Virus record (IMG/VR): IMGVR_UViG_3300020185_004844
DNA: 20,000 bases
Direction: 5' to 3' (one strand)
Source: an uncultured virus (IMG/VR IMGVR_UViG_3300020185_004844)
Lineage: Duplodnaviria > Heunggongvirae > Uroviricota > Caudoviricetes
The position numbers and the translations under genes are program-made. Shown in pieces: positions 16,096 through 20,000 of this stretch (position 1 is its first letter; each line of letters opens with the position of its first letter). Below the pieces are notes generated by a model. The model was not told the origin of the DNA. It did no database searches and saw only the letters and a list, made by a program, of their open reading frames with translations.

Positions 16096-18861
16096 ATGGC
16101 CCAGAGCAAAAAAATTACGGACTTGGAAAAGGTTTCCCCTAAAGAAGGGTACAATTTCCTAGTAGCCACATTAGATGAGAATTATAGAGTAACTTTTCCT
16201 GATTTATCAAATGCCATTACGGCTGACCTTAACCTTGATGGCCTCAGCGGTTATTTCCAGAATCAAATCGACGGCATTGATGGTGCAGACCTCGCCGATC
16301 AATTAAATGATATTAGCGGTCACCTTCAAGGAGAAATCGACGGCATTGATGGTGCAGACCTCGCCGATCAATTAAATGATATTAGCGGTCACCTTCAAGG
16401 AGAAATCGACGGCATTGATGGTGCAGACCTCGCCGATCAATTAAATGATATTAGCGGTCACTTCGAACAAAGTATAAATAATATCAACATTATTGGGGGT
16501 AATACGAACAGCTCTTTTGTTTTTTTTAATTCTATTATTAACAATGATGGCTCCGAAATATCTACATATTATGATACCCCAACTGTAAATACCTATCTGT
16601 CTGGCTCTGCCGTTGAATCGTCAAATAATTTGAAAGTTTCTTTGCGTTGGGATGGACCAAATAACGACTACATGGGGATTGCACATATCAATAATATCGA
16701 AGTGCCCAAATCAAACATACAAGAATTAGGTGCAGGCACAAGAAGGTTTGAGGGTTTTATAGATAATTTTGATGCTCAAGATTCAACTCAGCTTACTGGA
16801 GTTGTTAATGGCTTTACTGGATTTGTTGATTTAATTACAATAGGTTCAGGTCCATCAGCTTCTAATATATCTATAGATACTATTAATAATGCCACACCAA
16901 AAAACGGGGAAGAATTAGGTTCTTCTGCATTGAAGGCTGGGGATTTGATAAATATTTTTATTGATTATGACTCTAGTTTATTTGATACTGAATTGACTAG
17001 CCCTAATCAAATCGCAGTTGATGATTATGGGATCTCAAATGCTATACCCTTTTCAAGTTATGATTTTATTGATGTAGGACCTGTTATCAAAAGAGCAACT
17101 ATCCCAATTACAGTTTCTGATAGAGTTGGCGAACAAGGAATAAAATTAAGGGCTACAAACAATATGGGTTCTACTGGGATATATCAAACATCTGACATAG
17201 ATTTTGCAGGAAGCAATGATTCTAGGTTACTAGATCAAGATTACCCTATTATCTCTGCATCTTCTCCGTCTTCCTATAATGGCAGGACTGATGGCTTGAG
17301 AGAAACAGAGTCAACCAATTTTAATAATACTGCATCTAATTTTGATGATTCTATCGACACTATTTCTTATACCGCTTCTGTAGTTAATAATTCGACTATA
17401 TCTATCAACTTGCCTTCTGTTTTCGAAAGTTCTAAAACTGTTTCCTATGTCAATGGGGTGTATGCGGATCAAGATAATTTAAACATAAAAGTAGTTCGTA
17501 GCGCAAATGGAGCTACAGATTCAAAAGATTTGACAATTAAAGTGGCCAATGCCCCTATTATTAATAGTGTGTCTGTTGCAACTCCTGCTATTTCTTCTGC
17601 TTCCGGGCATAACATTGGTTTATCTGAACTAAAAGGGGGCGACATCGTTAATGTTACTGCTTTAATTGATACCCAAGGTGAAACCAACAATTCAATTAAA
17701 ATCAAAGTCTTTAACGAGGGACTTGCAGATGGTTCTCAAACCTCTTTCGCTAGCTACAATTCCACTTTGGTTAATGGGGACATTTATAGCTACACTGTAC
17801 CGGTAGTTGTCACAAGCTCAAGGAACGGTAATCTTTCTGTAAAATTACAGGCCCAAAATCAATACTCTATTAATGGCAACGAAGCTTTATCGAATACTGT
17901 TTTAAATAATAACATCGGACCGTCAGTTAACATATCTTCAGTGTCTTACCCGTCTGGCCAGCAAGCTATTAAGCTTAACGAATCTGCCACAGTTAATCAT
18001 ACTGCATCCAATTACGATTCCATTTCATACATCGACCCGACATTAGGCACAAAAGAAGTTTCTATTAATAGTCCATCAACATTTGAGGCAGCCAAAACAT
18101 GCAGTTATAATAGTGGAGCTTACAATATTAACAGCGATAATTTTAAAATAGTTGCTATAAAAGATAGTAATGGATTAAAATCTATCGCATCGACAGTTAT
18201 TAAAATAGCAAATGCTCCGTTGAAATTATCCATATCCAACCTTGCTTCGAGTCTTTCTAGTTCAAGCGCGGGTATTTCTGATTTATTTAACTTAGTGAGC
18301 GATCAATCGCATAATGTATCGCCTTCACTATCTACCGACTCATCTCAAAGCCCAGCCTCTCAATTGGTCCAAACAAATAGCGGCACTGGATTGAACTCAA
18401 ATTCTTTTAGGATTACTGTAAAAGATGTTGACCAAAAAGGGCAGTTTCTTTGGACAGTTTCTGCATTTAATTTAGCAAATGTTGAAACAAGTACTGTTTT
18501 CACTAATCCAAATTATTCAATATCTGGGTTTAATCAAAGAGAAGTCCTGGCCTCACCTAATAGTCTTGCTGCTGGATTAGCATCTGTTGGTACAACAGTC
18601 ACAAACCCTGCTAACGTTTCCTTTGAGAATGTTAGTGAAGGCGGTTCCGGCCCTAATGGAGGCACTGTATACAGCTTCCTGCAGTTAACGGCAGGGTTAC
18701 AATTAGATTTTTCATTTAATCATGATAACAAATTTTGCATTTGTGATAGCGGCGGCATAGTTGACAATAACGGAGATCATGTATTTAATTTAGATGCATT
18801 ATCTAGAGCTGCTAATGCAGATGTGAATAATCCAGCTAAATATATTATAAAAGAGGATTAA
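16096..18861 (+). CDS. large Ser/Thr/Asn-rich virion structural/fibre protein with a repeat stalk and duplicated beta-sandwich-like modules
   Basis: 921-aa ORF with a KKITDL N-terminal motif, 23-aa tandem repeats, an internal ~220-aa duplication and beta-rich composition; lies next to a tail fibre gene. Confidence 0.7.
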   Translation: MAQSKKITDLEKVSPKEGYNFLVATLDENYRVTFPDLSNAITADLNLDGLSGYFQNQIDGIDGADLADQLNDISGHLQGEIDGIDGADLADQLNDISGHLQGEIDGIDGADLADQLNDISGHFEQSINNINIIGGNTNSSFVFFNSIINNDGSEISTYYDTPTVNTYLSGSAVESSNNLKVSLRWDGPNNDYMGIAHINNIEVPKSNIQELGAGTRRFEGFIDNFDAQDSTQLTGVVNGFTGFVDLITIGSGPSASNISIDTINNATPKNGEELGSSALKAGDLINIFIDYDSSLFDTELTSPNQIAVDDYGISNAIPFSSYDFIDVGPVIKRATIPITVSDRVGEQGIKLRATNNMGSTGIYQTSDIDFAGSNDSRLLDQDYPIISASSPSSYNGRTDGLRETESTNFNNTASNFDDSIDTISYTASVVNNSTISINLPSVFESSKTVSYVNGVYADQDNLNIKVVRSANGATDSKDLTIKVANAPIINSVSVATPAISSASGHNIGLSELKGGDIVNVTALIDTQGETNNSIKIKVFNEGLADGSQTSFASYNSTLVNGDIYSYTVPVVVTSSRNGNLSVKLQAQNQYSINGNEALSNTVLNNNIGPSVNISSVSYPSGQQAIKLNESATVNHTASNYDSISYIDPTLGTKEVSINSPSTFEAAKTCSYNSGAYNINSDNFKIVAIKDSNGLKSIASTVIKIANAPLKLSISNLASSLSSSSAGISDLFNLVSDQSHNVSPSLSTDSSQSPASQLVQTNSGTGLNSNSFRITVKDVDQKGQFLWTVSAFNLANVETSTVFTNPNYSISGFNQREVLASPNSLAAGLASVGTTVTNPANVSFENVSEGGSGPNGGTVYSFLQLTAGLQLDFSFNHDNKFCICDSGGIVDNNGDHVFNLDALSRAANADVNNPAKYIIKED
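16265..16461 (+). repeat. perfect 69-bp coding tandem repeat, about 2.9 copies
   Basis: Unit AAATCGACGGCATTGATGGTGCAGACCTCGCCGATCAATTAAATGATATTAGCGGTCACCTTCAAGGAG starts at 16265, 16334 and 16403 (third copy 59 bp). It encodes IDGIDGADLADQLNDISGHLQGE. Confidence 0.97.
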
Positions 18862-18863
18862 TT

Positions 18864-19640
18864 ATGGGAGCTTTTGAAGATTTTGTAAACTCAAACTTAG
18901 GAATACGGCAACCTTTTATTTCTGACTTTGCTCCCCCTACTGGTCAAAACAAAAGCTTAAAAGCGGCTGGTATACGAGGCTCTAAATTTCTAGATCTTTC
19001 CACTAATTTTTTATACGAAAAAACTGGAGAGGATAATAACACTGATTGGGTCAAGATAGCTGAACTTGGAGAGCCTCGTGGGGGTGCTACTTCTAATCTT
19101 GATGGTGATCAATATATTCAGTTTGTAAGCGGGTCATCCCTTGTTGGCTCTGAGAATTTTATTTATGATTACAATCAGCAGCTGGTTAGCGGCGTTAGTG
19201 GGTACTATCAAGATATCGATGGAATATCTGGTCACTTAACAGATGAACTAATTGTTGGCGAACTGCAAAACGATACTTTTGTTGAGATGGATAACGGGGT
19301 GGTCGATATTCATGGAGATGTAAATATAGATGGACAAATTAGTAATTCTTTGTCGCCAAAGCATGGAATAGATTTTACCTTGTCTGCATCGCCCACCGTA
19401 AGGGGGAGCTCAGGTTTTACCGCGAATAAGATTAGTAGTGGTTTTTATAGAGTAGGGTTTAATTTTAGCCCCTTCTCTTCAATTAATGACTATCAGGTTA
19501 TTGCATCTATTTGTAATACTACTGATTTTGCAAACCTACATATAACAAAATCGGTCGATAAGTTGGATTTAAATATTAAGCTAACAGATGGAACCAATGT
19601 CGACACGGGAATCGTAACCATTTTAATCTATGAACTGTAA
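18864..19640 (+). CDS. putative virion structural/fibre-associated protein (258 aa)
   Basis: ORF track; GAGG upstream. Fibre-like motifs: IQF..G...GS.NF.YD, DIHGDVNIDG, and a C-terminal beta domain with SSGFYRV. Confidence 0.65.
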   Translation: MGAFEDFVNSNLGIRQPFISDFAPPTGQNKSLKAAGIRGSKFLDLSTNFLYEKTGEDNNTDWVKIAELGEPRGGATSNLDGDQYIQFVSGSSLVGSENFIYDYNQQLVSGVSGYYQDIDGISGHLTDELIVGELQNDTFVEMDNGVVDIHGDVNIDGQISNSLSPKHGIDFTLSASPTVRGSSGFTANKISSGFYRVGFNFSPFSSINDYQVIASICNTTDFANLHITKSVDKLDLNIKLTDGTNVDTGIVTILIYEL

Positions 19641-19648
19641 CTATTCAT

Positions 19649-19663
19649 GTGTATATAAATATA
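19649..19663 (+). promoter_or_regulatory. GTGTA-type putative phage promoter motif, copy 5
   Basis: GTGTA (19649-19653) + TATAAATATA. The ATG at 19683 is 29 nt after the motif. Confidence 0.5.
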
Positions 19664-19682
19664 TCGCAGACCAATAAACATC

Positions 19683-20000
19683 ATGTCATTTAAAACAATT
19701 AGAGAACTAGGTCTTCCAGATCCTATAAATACAATAACAACAAGCGATGTGTTGGCTGTTTGCGATTTTGATGGTGGGGAGACATATCGCTTTAGTATTT
19801 CTAATTTGTTTGGTTTATTGCCGGCTAATAGTTCTACTATTTCTGGAATAGTATCTTCTGGCTCTGGGCAGGTCAATAAAGTATGGAAGACTGATGGCAC
19901 TGGAAATCCCGCATGGAGAGATGATGAGGATACCACATATAGCGCATTTTCTATTTCCGGGGCTGGCTTGGTTCCAGCTCCCACTACTGCGGACACCAAA
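19683..20000 (+). CDS. 5' part of a tail fibre-like protein; runs off the window and is absent from the ORF track
   Basis: Manual translation: [106 protein letters not shown]..., with no stop. KVWKTDG.GNPAW, DTTY and GLVPAP are fibre-type motifs. Confidence 0.8.
   Translation, partial: MSFKTIRELGLPDPINTITTSDVLAVCDFDGGETYRFSISNLFGLLPANSSTISGIVSSGSGQVNKVWKTDGTGNPAWRDDEDTTYSAFSISGAGLVPAPTTADTK

Noticed and set aside
16265..16461. 69-bp repeats as a CRISPR array
   Set aside because: Units are head-to-tail with no unique spacers, are a multiple of 3 and lie in frame within a CDS.
114..17705. Short alternative-frame and antisense ORFs (e.g. 114-365, 1152-1376, 3598-3855, 4579-4767, 7895-8230, 8818-9000, 10810-11058, 13866-14346, 14825-15123, 17469-17705)
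   Set aside because: They are nested in well-supported genes and show no recognisable motifs or expression signals.
19628..19999. Minus-strand 123-aa ORF in the ORF track
   Set aside because: It is the antisense shadow of a plus-strand fibre-like ORF starting at 19683, which has recognisable motifs and matches the strand of all other genes.
1..20000. Stop-codon reassignment, tRNA/ncRNA genes, intrinsic terminators, integrase/transposase or DGR elements
   Set aside because: Genes are intact under the standard code, with TAA, TGA and TAG all used as stops. Intergenic gaps are under 45 bp with no GC-rich hairpin plus U-tract or cloverleaf seen. No reverse transcriptase, recombinase-integrase or transposase motifs were found.

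Overview
AT-rich, gene-dense, entirely plus-strand segment that looks like a large tailed bacteriophage genome. It opens with the C-terminal end of a LamG-like protein. A replication/recombination module follows: RecA/UvsX-like recombinase, Vsr/DUF559-like endonuclease, DnaB helicase, DnaG-type primase and a RecB/AddB-like PD-(D/E)XK nuclease. After a short accessory block comes a DnaE-type polymerase encoded in pieces (stand-alone degenerate PHP domain, DEDDh exonuclease, small ORF, PHP-less DnaE core). The window ends with a ClpC/ClpA-type unfoldase and a run of virion fibre/structural genes, one with an S74 chaperone and one with a perfect 69-bp tandem repeat. Main observations: (i) every intergenic gap of 20 bp or more holds exactly one of two promoter-like motifs, sigma70-type CTTGAYT-17-TANNNT or a GTGTA-AT-rich motif, mostly placed for leaderless transcription; (ii) the intein-free split DnaE; (iii) a 48-aa ORF absent from the ORF track that is essentially a twin-arginine signal peptide; (iv) an N-terminal module shared by three fibre proteins. 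All calls come from reading motifs by eye; no database search was run.
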